Positions 20,800 through 29,981 are shown, counted from the first letter of the stretch. The stretch: 64,000 nucleotides of DNA from Candidatus Bathyarchaeota archaeon (GCA_963720565.1 CAVRFW010000005.1:1-64000); one strand, 5' to 3'. Translations and numbers: made by a program. The notes: generated from the sequence alone by a model not told the origin.

Positions 20800-20858
20800 C
20801 AAAGTAACCTTGGAAGAAAGCGGGTCTGCCAGCTTCGTCTGACTTGCGATTGTTAGGC
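20794..20858 (+). other. Degenerate attC-like site
   Basis: ACCTGAC (contains the stop codon) ... GTTAGGC; 65-bp imperfect inverted repeat. Confidence 0.4.
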
Positions 20859-20910
20859 GTGGCATAGGCATATAAGCTCTATGAAGCGTAAATTGAAGTC
20901 GTGTATTACA

Positions 20911-21621
20911 ATGTCAGGAATTAACATAACAAACCGAATCGCAGATTTATCGCCACGCAAGACCGCAAGAATGGCGGGGCTGTTTTACCTAATTTTCATA
21001 ATAACTACTGTTTTAGCCACGTATATCCGCGATAGATTTATTGTATCCGGAGATGCAGCAGCCACAGCCAATAATATTATGGCTTCTCAGGAGCTATTCC
21101 GAGTTGGTTTTGTAACCGAACTAGTCTCCGCAACGTTTTTCGTTTTAGCAGCATGGGCGCTTTATGTGTTGTTAAAACCTGTTAACAAAAACCTGGCTTT
21201 GCTTTTCTTGTTATTAAACTTGGGCGGCGTCGCCGTAGAGTGTATTAATGCGCTAAATCTATTTGCAGCCCTTCAGTTTTTGAGCAGCGCTAATTACCTA
21301 AGCGTATTTCAAACAGGTCAGCTGCAAGCAATGGCAATGTCATCTCTTAATCTATACACAAATGGGTTTTTAATCGCACAGATATTTTTCAGCGTTTGGC
21401 TACTTCCTCTTGGTTACTTAGTTTACAAATCGCGCTTCCTTCCTAAATTTTTAGGTCTACTGCTGATCCTTGATTTCTTCGGCAATATGAGTTGGTTTTT
21501 ACAGGGTTTCCTTCTCCCCGACTACAAAATATTAGCATACCCAGGAAATGCAATTAGCTTTATTGCAGAAATTGCTCTTACTGCGTGGCTTTTGATCATG
21601 GCTGTTAAAGAACAGAAATAG
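20911..21621 (+). CDS. DUF4386 family membrane protein
   Basis: ARMAGLFYL, DAAATANNI and LPKFLG motifs. Confidence 0.85.
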   Translation: MSGINITNRIADLSPRKTARMAGLFYLIFIITTVLATYIRDRFIVSGDAAATANNIMASQELFRVGFVTELVSATFFVLAAWALYVLLKPVNKNLALLFLLLNLGGVAVECINALNLFAALQFLSSANYLSVFQTGQLQAMAMSSLNLYTNGFLIAQIFFSVWLLPLGYLVYKSRFLPKFLGLLLILDFFGNMSWFLQGFLLPDYKILAYPGNAISFIAEIALTAWLLIMAVKEQK

Positions 21622-21652
21622 AATGACTATGATAAAGTGAAGAGGGAGAAAA

Positions 21653-22123
21653 ATGACCCAATCGAAAGATATCTGGAGAAAAATAGTAGTGCTGGCGGTC
21701 GTGGGTGGATTAACCTTCTGGGCGACTTCCATCATAACTTCCCTGCTTCCCATCGCAACAGATTATAGAGTTGCGCGATGGAGTGCGGAAACAGTTTGGG
21801 TTGGTTCTTTGCCTGCTGGTCTGGTTATCGGATTCTTGGTCAGCTTTTTCTTGGTTCGTTTCTTTGGCAAGATTCCGACAAAGAATCCAATTCTAAAATC
21901 CGTGATTCTAAGCTTGATCGCTTTAGTCATTGCCACAATTCTACTCGAAGCCCCCGCAAGTTTTGGGACGAGTGATGCCCTTTATTACTTCCTCTTCGGC
22001 ACAATGCTTAATGTACCAAGGTTTCTCTTTGTTGGAATAGTTATTGGCTATCTATACAAAAGGTTGTACAAAGGAGTCAATCCAGCCGTAGTTGCTTCCA
22101 AGTCTCCTCAAGTGGATAGTTAA
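21653..22123 (+). CDS. Membrane protein (tandem paralog A)
   Basis: KIPTKNPILKS...GIVIGYLYKRLYKG. Confidence 0.75.
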   Translation: MTQSKDIWRKIVVLAVVGGLTFWATSIITSLLPIATDYRVARWSAETVWVGSLPAGLVIGFLVSFFLVRFFGKIPTKNPILKSVILSLIALVIATILLEAPASFGTSDALYYFLFGTMLNVPRFLFVGIVIGYLYKRLYKGVNPAVVASKSPQVDS

Positions 22124-22129
22124 ACAACC

Positions 22130-22582
22130 ATGGAACCCCCAGCCACAGATCGAACTAAGCACCAGACGTCACATGAGTTCTACAAGAAACTGATTAAACT
22201 GACTGTAGCGGGAGGATTAGCCTTCTGGATAGTTGACTTTGCAGTCTCTCTGTCTCCCATCTCTGCGGAGTATATGGCTGCTTTTTCAATTTCTTCTCTT
22301 CCATTGGCTCTTGTTGAAGCTTTGGTTGGTGGTCTGATTATCGGATTCTTTGTCAGCTTTTTCTTGCTTCGTTTTTTTGACAAGATTCCGACAAATAATC
22401 CAATTCTAAAGTCCTTGATTCTCAGCTTTGCTGCCATAGTCGTTATCGAAGTCCTTTCAACTTTTGGCAATCCAAGCAATGCCTACGTCTACCTTTTAAT
22501 CGACACAATAATGAACATTCCAAGGATTCTCGCTCTTGGAATAGTTATTGGCTATCTATACAAAAGGCTGTACAAAGGATGA
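22130..22582 (+). CDS. Membrane protein (tandem paralog B)
   Basis: same motifs as 21653. Confidence 0.75.
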   Translation: MEPPATDRTKHQTSHEFYKKLIKLTVAGGLAFWIVDFAVSLSPISAEYMAAFSISSLPLALVEALVGGLIIGFFVSFFLLRFFDKIPTNNPILKSLILSFAAIVVIEVLSTFGNPSNAYVYLLIDTIMNIPRILALGIVIGYLYKRLYKG

Positions 22583-22843
22583 GCATGCCATATATTATAT
22601 GCAATACTCGTCGCGCGTTGTTCTTCATGGGTCTGGAACGTTCAAGGGGCAAACGCTGTTATTGTCAGGCGACTTTGGAATTGCCAATGACAACATTCAC
22701 TATAGTGCGCGCGTGTAAAGATTCCTTGACTCAAAATTTTCTCTACGCACCAAAACTTCATTTGCGTTTCCTTTGTCTGGCTCTGATGAGTTTCACCTGA
22801 AATCATAAATTGTTAGACACGCATATCGTAGTTAGGTCACTAC

Positions 22844-23368
22844 ATGAACAAACATCATGTAAGTGTCATAATCTACATTTCAATGGTCCTCGTTATCCCA
22901 ATACTAATTATCAGCGCTGCCTCCAAAGATGTCTCCTGGATCAGCGAAGTGGAGAATCACATCAAAAAAGAGAATTGGGTACCTGATGTGGAATACGTGC
23001 CCCTTGCCTTTGGAAGTTTCTTCTTATACGAGAATGGAGAAGAACAATTCTTTGTCCTGACTTCTGAGAGAGAATTTGAATCTTACATGGATGCTTTAGC
23101 AAGCAGAGTTTCTATTCAAACTAAAACCTCCATCACAAGGGAAGCTCTGGATGAAATATTAGCTGCAGACAAAGTCCTGAGTTATGTCCACAGGTTTCCA
23201 GAAAGTTTTGGTCCACTAGGGTCATGCGGAAGCTTTGAAGTAGCCTATTTCATCTTAGAAGACAAACTGGAGCAGGGTCTAGAAGGCAAAATAGTAATGC
23301 AGGACAGACGCGCAGGAGAATACTCTCACTATAGCGTTTGGCAGATACCAGACTGGATCTTTTGGTAG
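22844..23368 (+). CDS. Secreted/membrane-anchored hypothetical protein
   Basis: N-terminal TM; lies between two repeat copies. Confidence 0.65.
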   Translation: MNKHHVSVIIYISMVLVIPILIISAASKDVSWISEVENHIKKENWVPDVEYVPLAFGSFFLYENGEEQFFVLTSEREFESYMDALASRVSIQTKTSITREALDEILAADKVLSYVHRFPESFGPLGSCGSFEVAYFILEDKLEQGLEGKIVMQDRRAGEYSHYSVWQIPDWIFW

Positions 23369-23510
23369 TTTTCTATGTTTTCCAGACGCTCTCACACTCT
23401 ATGTGGATTAACCTGATTCTGCGTTGGATTTTGATTTTTGATCCAGAACAGGCTATTTTGCCCAACATCACCAATGCAGCAAGCGAGTATTTTGACAGTT
23501 TTGGGTAGTT

Positions 23511-23569
23511 TCCGTGAGACCCCCTAACAAGGAAACTCCGTGAAGGGGGGTCACAAGGAGTCTCCTTGA
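23511..23569. promoter_or_regulatory. 26-bp-period repeats TCC(G/T)TGA-N7-TNACAAGGA
   Basis: units at 23511, 23537 and a partial unit at 23563. Confidence 0.5.
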
Positions 23570-23623
23570 AGGTGCCAGATAGTTTTTGAATTCAGGCTGC
23601 ACCACAGTTTCAGGTGACAAAGA

Positions 23624-23884
23624 TTGGTTAATATTGTGGATGAATGGGCAAACCTTGAAAGGTACGCCCGGCAAGCCTCAGCAGACAAGCTGACGGGTCT
23701 TTATCAGCTATTGGAAATTGATGGAAAACTGGAAATCCGAGTCTGGATCGGAGACTGCGGCTTCAAAAAAACGTTTGAAAACATAAAAGACCAAGAAATA
23801 ATCGATATCCGCGATTTCTGCTGGAAAGAACAGTACACCCAAATCCGCGGTAACATTCCAAACGACAAATTCTTCGACCCATAA
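23624..23884 (+). CDS. Hypothetical element protein
   Basis: first ORF of a co-directional module. Confidence 0.6.
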   Translation: MVNIVDEWANLERYARQASADKLTGLYQLLEIDGKLEIRVWIGDCGFKKTFENIKDQEIIDIRDFCWKEQYTQIRGNIPNDKFFDP

Positions 23885-23898
23885 AGGGGCATAAGGCG

Positions 23899-24051
23899 AT
23901 GACAACAGCAAAATGCAAAGCTAGAAGGGCACTCACGACCTTCCGCGTCAGGTCCATCGCACGGGAAATAGCCAACGAAGTAATCGAAGATCACCTAAAC
24001 GATTACGAGCACACACTCAAGAAGCCAGAAGAAACCGAGTTGGAGGACTAA
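23899..24051 (+). CDS. Small hypothetical protein (50 aa)
   Basis: MTTAKCK...ELED-stop fills the gap in the operon. Confidence 0.45.
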   Translation: MTTAKCKARRALTTFRVRSIAREIANEVIEDHLNDYEHTLKKPEETELED

Positions 24052-24056
24052 CACCG

Positions 24057-24419
24057 ATGGACAACCAGGTTGAGTTTCTAGTCAAGCTCCGAGACGCAGG
24101 CCAACTCGTTGCCGACGCAGCAAACCAGTACCTTGAATCCATGGCGCCTCCCGAAACAAAAACCAACAAACAAACAGCCGTATCGGAGACAACCTTCACC
24201 GAGTTAAGGTTCCAGCCTCAGCAAGGCGCCAGACTCGGCGAGTACGAAACAGCACACAAAACAGACAATCCACAAGACCAGTGGCGCCAAGCATACAACA
24301 TCCTAAGAGACAGCAATGCAACAATCAGAGACCGCTACCACCCGGAAGGCTACCAGCACGGATACTGGATCTACGACGAAGACAGAATCTACAGACAAAA
24401 ACTAAAGCCCAAACCCTGA
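24057..24419 (+). CDS. Hypothetical element protein
   Basis: GGAGG upstream; operon context. Confidence 0.65.
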   Translation: MDNQVEFLVKLRDAGQLVADAANQYLESMAPPETKTNKQTAVSETTFTELRFQPQQGARLGEYETAHKTDNPQDQWRQAYNILRDSNATIRDRYHPEGYQHGYWIYDEDRIYRQKLKPKP

Positions 24420-24441
24420 AACAGGCAGGACTGAAAGGATC

Positions 24442-24771
24442 ATGCTGAAAACTGCAGTGGACCTTTGGCCAGGCAATGAAGTCTTGCTCTGCCCGGTTTG
24501 CGGATGCGAATACGTCCACCCGCTCAAAGTGAAAGTGGCAACCGACAATGGAATCGTTACAATCGATTCAGAAGGCTGCAGCATCATCCAAGGCGACACG
24601 GCCGAAACCAATGAAGCCGCGCAAGCACGTGGCGTACGCATAATTTTAGAGTACCGCTGCGAAGACGGGCATCATGGCAACCTGATCCTGCAGTTCCACA
24701 AAGGCAGCACGTTTGTTCATCACGAAATCTTGCCGACGGATGATGGACTGAAAACTCTATGGCGCAGCTAA
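24442..24771 (+). CDS. Zinc-binding protein (CPVC...CEDGH)
   Basis: LCPVCG...YRCEDGH...FHKGST. Confidence 0.65.
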   Translation: MLKTAVDLWPGNEVLLCPVCGCEYVHPLKVKVATDNGIVTIDSEGCSIIQGDTAETNEAAQARGVRIILEYRCEDGHHGNLILQFHKGSTFVHHEILPTDDGLKTLWRS

Positions 24772-27295
24772 CCATCACACAATATCAGGCGAAGCTGCAT
24801 CTGGCTATTCTGGGCAAAAGAGACCTCTACCATGCAGTAGCCAAGAACTACGAAAACGGCAAAGTGGTAAACGCCTGGCTAAGAGAAAGCGAAATCACCG
24901 ATTGGGCACTTGAAAAGAACGGCGAGGGCTACACGTGCTGGGTAAGCCTCAACGACAAAGAAGAAGGTGAAGACAGCATCGAAGGCGTCAAAGCCCTCAA
25001 CGTTTTCTGGCTAGACATCGACTCCAAACGAAACAGCAAGACCATTCCCGCAACCAAAGAACAGCTAAAAGAGACCCTTCAAAGAGCACAAAACCTCAAA
25101 GAACAAATCGAAAACGAGTACGCAGCCAAGGGCTTTTTGGCCTGCAGCGGCAACGGCTACCACATCTTCTTTCCCCTGCCAAGATTCGAGTTAGTGGGCG
25201 CTGGGTTTCGGCGCGAGATCAACCAAAAAGTGAAACAGTTCGCCAAACAAGCCTCCGAGAAAGTCAATGCGGAAATCGACAGCACATACGACATCCGCAG
25301 AGTCACCACCCTAATAGGCTCACCCAACCTCAAGATCCCCACTAGCCCGCTTGAGACACAGTGGATCACCAACTCTGAACAAGAGCGTCCAACTTCCGTT
25401 ACAGAAGTTGATCAAGCAAGAATCGCAAACAGAGTCCTCTTGGAAGCTATCCTAAACACAGAAACAAGAAGCCAAACCAGCATCTATGCAAAGCCAAGAC
25501 CAGAAACACCGTTCACTCGAGAAGCTGCTTTCGGAAGACGCCAAGCTCTGCTGACCTCTTTAGGGGCAACTGGCAAAAGTATGGTTACAAGAGCAGAAGC
25601 GAAGCCGAACAAGCCGTCATCACAAAGCTTGTCCTGAGAGGATTCAGCGACGACGAGATCAACATTGCCATGGAGAAATGCGGCATAGGAAAATGGCGAG
25701 AAAAACCAGACAGCTACCGAACCTTGAGCATAGAAAACGCGAGAAAACACGCCAAAACAAACAATTTCTCGGCAAGCGACAGCTCGCATTACGAGCCTGA
25801 GAGTGAGGCGGAGACCAAAGAAAAGCGAAAGGAAAAGCCCAAGCTTCACAAGGCATGCGGCCTTGCAGAACAAGGATACTACGAATCCATCTACCACAAA
25901 GAAAAACCCGCCTTCCTCGTAGCAAGTGATGGCGCCTTCAGAGTCTGCGAAGAGGTAACCGCTGAAAACGAAACCTTCCTGCCCAAAGAATACCCACACG
26001 AGTTCCCCTACGAACCATACGGCCACTACGAAAGCACTTTGCCCAGCAGGGAAGAGTTGTTCTGGAAGATCCGAGAAGAATTCGACCTGTTTCTGGATTT
26101 GGAGCCGATCTGGAAGGATTACCTTGCAGCCTGCGTCCTGCTCAGCTACCAGCAGGAAAAAACCCGAACCATCCCATACGTGTACTTTGTCGGCGATAAC
26201 GAAAGCGGAAAAACAGTCGCCCTAAGCCTGCTCAACTGGCTCTGCTACAGGCCCATGCTCGGCGTAACAATACCATCAGCCGACACCTACGGCTACCTGG
26301 ACGACGCTGAAGCTCCCGGAGTAATCCTAGAAGACGAGGCTCAGGGGCTCTACAAGGATCTGGATAAGGCCAAGATCTACAAGGCAGGCTACAAGCAAGG
26401 CGCCGTCGTCCCGCGAACGATGATAACGCAGAGCAAGCGCTTCATCAAGTACTTCCGCGTCTTCTGCTTCAAAGCCTGCGCAGCCGAAGAAATCCCCCGG
26501 GTCAAAGGCCTCTTGGAACGCTTCATCTTCATACCCATGACGGAAGGCTACCCCAGAAAAGACTGGGCAGACTTCAATGAACAGACGAGAAACGCGCTCC
26601 GCGAACTGCGGAATATGCTTCTGAAATGGCGCATAGCCATCCATGGACTGGAAGATTCCGGAAATCGACCTACCGGTTAAAGGACGATCTGAAGGAGCTC
26701 TGGAAACCCATCATCCAGATCGTCTCCGGCTTAACCGTGGAGAAGGACCTAAGAGCACACCTTGAGCAGCTGCAGAAGGAGACGGCTTAACGAGAAAATC
26801 AACACCTTAGAAGGGCACATCGTCAAGGTTGTCTGCGAGCTTTATGCTCCAAACGCAGCCTCTCGCCTTCGCGTGACATCTGGGACGCCTTAGCCAGACG
26901 ATTTGGAGGGGAAACTGGATGACAAGAAGCCTAACAAGATGGACACACCCGAGTTCGGGGAAGTTACCAAGCAGAAAATCGGCTACAGGCTCCGTGAAGT
27001 GCTAAGCGGCAAAAAGAACAACACGAGGGGACAAAAAGGTCCGGCAGAATCTACGATTTCGACGAAGGCAAACTCAAGCGCATTGCCAAGAAGTACGGCT
27101 GTACTCTTGCAAACAAGTTAACAAGTTTAACGAGTTGCGAAGGTCCGAGGCATCAAAACCCGAAAGTGAAGTTCAAGAAAAACGGTTCTTTTCAGAAAAT
27201 CAGGCCAATTTACAGAGTGAAGAAACAGGAAAAAGACGCGTTGAGACACCGGAGAAGTCGTTTCACTCGTTAACTCGTTTGCAAACCTCAGCGTG
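24759..27295 (+). CDS. AEP primase-polymerase fused to a P-loop helicase-like domain; several frameshifts; end approximate
   Basis: LDIDS and SGNGYH (AEP); SRSEAEQA helical domain in a shifted frame; GDNESGKT Walker A; ILEDE Walker B. Confidence 0.75.
27107..27284. repeat. 30-bp inverted repeat built of AAC(A/G)AGTT octamers; candidate origin
   Basis: 27107-27136 vs 27255-27284, 25/30 complementary. Confidence 0.7.
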
Positions 27296-27338
27296 AAGAG
27301 TTGGAAGCCAAAACCAAGGTCGGTAGCAGCGGTTAACC

Positions 27339-27484
27339 ATGGACTTCGGAATCGAAACCTGTGTAGCCTGCGGCACTAAAGGCCAGTCCGGACTGGCAAG
27401 GTGACACTTTTTGACGACTCTTGGGGTTTCCTCTGCGGAACATGCGGCCAGAAGCTTTCTGAGAGGCTGAGCAAAAATGAGTAA
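27339..27484 (+). CDS. Zinc-finger microprotein (frameshifted)
   Basis: CVAC and CGTC in different frames. Confidence 0.35.
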
Positions 27485-27492
27485 AACACTTC

Positions 27493-27873
27493 TTGAAGGA
27501 CCTCATAGTCGTCCGCTACGTTGACCATGTGCTCTACAATCGAGCTTCCGCTCTGGCAATGCAGCCCCAAATCAGAGAAGCAGTAGGCTGGCTTGTCTAC
27601 GAGTGCCAACAATACGTGACGCTTGCTTGGGATCATGACGCCCAACCGCCATCTCTGCATGGCGGGGACCCGAAAGCCTCAGGACTAGTGCTATTGAAGT
27701 CGGATATTTTGGAGCTCAAGAAGCTTGACGCCGCCTCTTCGCCATTACAAAAAAATTCAGAATGGCAAATAAATCCAACAGAACCCATAGCTAAAGCAGA
27801 GTATGCGCTTCAGACAGAGAAGCGAAAAACTCAAAAGAAAAATAAAGATTCGAAGAGAGAGACGGCAAAATGA
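27493..27873 (+). CDS. Hypothetical virus-like protein
   Basis: VRYVDH...VGWLV pattern; ATGA overlap with the integrase. Confidence 0.55.
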   Translation: MKDLIVVRYVDHVLYNRASALAMQPQIREAVGWLVYECQQYVTLAWDHDAQPPSLHGGDPKASGLVLLKSDILELKKLDAASSPLQKNSEWQINPTEPIAKAEYALQTEKRKTQKKNKDSKRETAK

Positions 27874-29306
27874 CAGCCGAAACCATTACTGAAGCAATCA
27901 GCCGCCAACCCATAACGCGAACACGCCAGCTCACAGTTGACGAACTAAAAACCCTGCAGCTCCCCATAACTATTCAAGACGACAAAATCATCATCACCCA
28001 CAGCCTAAGAGGCTGGAAACTCCGGCAACCAGTCATCCTAAGCCTAAACAAAGTGCTCGCAGCCAAAGAAAGAGGCCTAGTCACCTACATCCTAACTGCC
28101 TTTCTAAGCGATCGCCCACCAATGATCCCCTTAGTCTTCGACAACCAAAGCCTACTCAAGATGGCACGCCACTTCCTACGCCACTGCTCCGGCTCACACC
28201 ACAGCTGCATCATCTACACGGTCAAAGTCAACAAATACGCAGCCTGGCTAGGCTACAGCCCCGACCTAATCATCCAAGACCTAAAACCAGTCGGAAACAT
28301 CCCAGACCCGCAAAGAGTCCAAAACCACCAAGGATACCTCAACGACTACTTAGCCGAGCTCCAAGACGACGGGCTCAAACCAGGCACAGTCAACAACTGC
28401 ATAAAAGCAGTAAAAACATTCTACCGCGTAAACGGAGCCAAAATCGAGCTCACAGAACCCCTCAGCAGACGAGTAACCTACAAGGACCGAGCGCCAAAAC
28501 CCGAAGAACTCGCCAAACTCTTAGACCTAGCCGATCTACGCGGAAAAGTCATAGTGTCATGCTTAGCTCTGGGCGCCTTCAGGGAAGAAACCTTCACAAA
28601 ACTCAAGTACCGACACGTACGAGAAGACATCGAAAACAACAGAACCCCCATCCACGTACACGTAGAAGCAGAAATCACCAAAGGAAAATACCACGACTAC
28701 GACACCTTCATCGGAGCAGAAGCAGCCCACTACCTCAAGCTGTACCTGGAGCAGAGAAGAAAAGGCACCATCAAAACGCCGCCCGAACAACTAACCGACG
28801 AGTCACCGCTAATCCGCAACGAAACAAGAGCAAGCCCGCAAGACATTAGCGCAAAGCAAATCCGAAAACACGTCCATGAACTCTACCTCAAAGCAGAGCT
28901 AATAAAAAAACAAAACGGCAGAATGTACAACCTCAGAGTCCACAGCCTACGCAAATACTTCAAAACCCAACTCCTCGCCTTAGGCGTCCAACCCGACTAC
29001 GTCGACTACATGATGGGCCACACCGTAGACACCTACCACGACATCCAAAGCATAGGAATAGACAGACTCCGCAACGCCTACGCATCATCCGGACTAGCCA
29101 TACGACAAAAAACAAGCATCAGCAAAGTCGAAGCCCTCAAAGAAATCATACGCGCCTGGGGCATGAACCCAGAACAACTCCTATCCAGAGACGCCCTATC
29201 CGACGGCGCAACAACCAACAAAAACCAAGAAGACCTCGAAAACCGTCAACTGATCATCCTGAGCAACCAACTAAAACAGCTAATCCAGCACGCAGCAACA
29301 CCATAA
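27870..29306 (+). CDS. Tyrosine recombinase/integrase
   Basis: GAFR (R), TKG (K), HSLRKYF (HxLR), MMGH and TYH (Y); SAM-like N domain. Confidence 0.92.
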   Translation: MTAETITEAISRQPITRTRQLTVDELKTLQLPITIQDDKIIITHSLRGWKLRQPVILSLNKVLAAKERGLVTYILTAFLSDRPPMIPLVFDNQSLLKMARHFLRHCSGSHHSCIIYTVKVNKYAAWLGYSPDLIIQDLKPVGNIPDPQRVQNHQGYLNDYLAELQDDGLKPGTVNNCIKAVKTFYRVNGAKIELTEPLSRRVTYKDRAPKPEELAKLLDLADLRGKVIVSCLALGAFREETFTKLKYRHVREDIENNRTPIHVHVEAEITKGKYHDYDTFIGAEAAHYLKLYLEQRRKGTIKTPPEQLTDESPLIRNETRASPQDISAKQIRKHVHELYLKAELIKKQNGRMYNLRVHSLRKYFKTQLLALGVQPDYVDYMMGHTVDTYHDIQSIGIDRLRNAYASSGLAIRQKTSISKVEALKEIIRAWGMNPEQLLSRDALSDGATTNKNQEDLENRQLIILSNQLKQLIQHAATP

Positions 29307-29334
29307 AAACAGTATAAATACGCTTCCGGTGAAG

Positions 29335-29427
29335 CGGGTCCGAGGGGATTTGAACCCCTGTTCTTCGGCTTTCTTCCACATACGTGTCCGGAGGCCGACG
29401 CCTTAATCCGTGCTGGGCTACGGACCC
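29335..29427 (-). tRNA. tRNA-Arg(CCG) with a 17-nt intron at 37/38 (29371-29387)
   Basis: GGGTCCG/CGGACCC acceptor stem; TCGGC/GCCGA anticodon stem; GGTTCAAATCC T arm; BHB-like intron. Confidence 0.92.
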
Positions 29428-29471
29428 GACCGCAAATCAAACGGGCTTCAAAATTTAAGGCTATTTCCCGA

Positions 29472-29981
29472 TCACTCTTGAATCAGTTCTTCGTCTATCC
29501 ACCACGCCTTCTTCTTGCCGGATTTCTCGCCCGCATAGTAGTCTATTATGGGTTTGCCAAACTGTTTTTTCGAGCCGCGCTGTATTTTCCTAAGCCTGTT
29601 GAGCACCATCCACCTGTTCGTCTTGATGTACTCAGCCAACTCCGGCGTTGTCGCGCCCTTATAGTGCAGAAGGTAATCCACTATCTTGTGATCTATTTCG
29701 TCTATGCAGAACGTGTGAGCGTTAATCTTTCCATGCTGGTATGTTAACAGCTCCAAGTCAGCAAGGTACTTTCTGACCTCGCCCATCTCATTTTCAATCT
29801 TGACCATTCGATTCTCAAGATCCAGAAGCTTATCCGCTCTAGGCGTTCTTTGAAGTTTCTCGATCAGAGCTTCTCGAATGAAGTTGCTTCTGTCGCCTTC
29901 TGGAACGCGCAAAGCCATCTCATTGTACACTTCCTCGGGGATTTTTGCTGAAACCACTCGGACCTCACTCATCGCTGGCAC
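29472..29981 (-). CDS. RHH (CopG-like) plus wHTH DNA-binding protein
   Basis: VSAKIPE...RSNFIREAL; TTPELAEY. Confidence 0.7.
   Translation of the reverse strand: MPAMSEVRVVSAKIPEEVYNEMALRVPEGDRSNFIREALIEKLQRTPRADKLLDLENRMVKIENEMGEVRKYLADLELLTYQHGKINAHTFCIDEIDHKIVDYLLHYKGATTPELAEYIKTNRWMVLNRLRKIQRGSKKQFGKPIIDYYAGEKSGKKKAWWIDEELIQE

Larger units (their letters stand above)
11859..23395 (+). repeat. Dispersed 22-bp direct repeat AAAGTTTTCTCTACGCACCAAA, about 11 copies, separating cargo genes
   Basis: 11859 (22/22), 12737 (20), 13085 (21), 13625 (20), 14711 (gapped), 14998 (21), 15375 (degenerate), 16061 (22), 16718 (16), 22733 (21), 23374 (13). Confidence 0.9.
7928..29335. mobile_element. Integrated virus/plasmid-like element at tRNA-Arg(CCG); left boundary approximate
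   Basis: integrase abuts the tRNA 3' end; primase-helicase module; virion neck genes; cargo array; no clear att duplicate seen. Confidence 0.7.

Noticed and set aside
11859..23395. 22-bp repeat as a CRISPR array or as tRNA 3' ends
   Set aside because: Spacing is 290-6000 bp with genes in between, and there are no cas genes. The GCACCA end has no T-loop before it.
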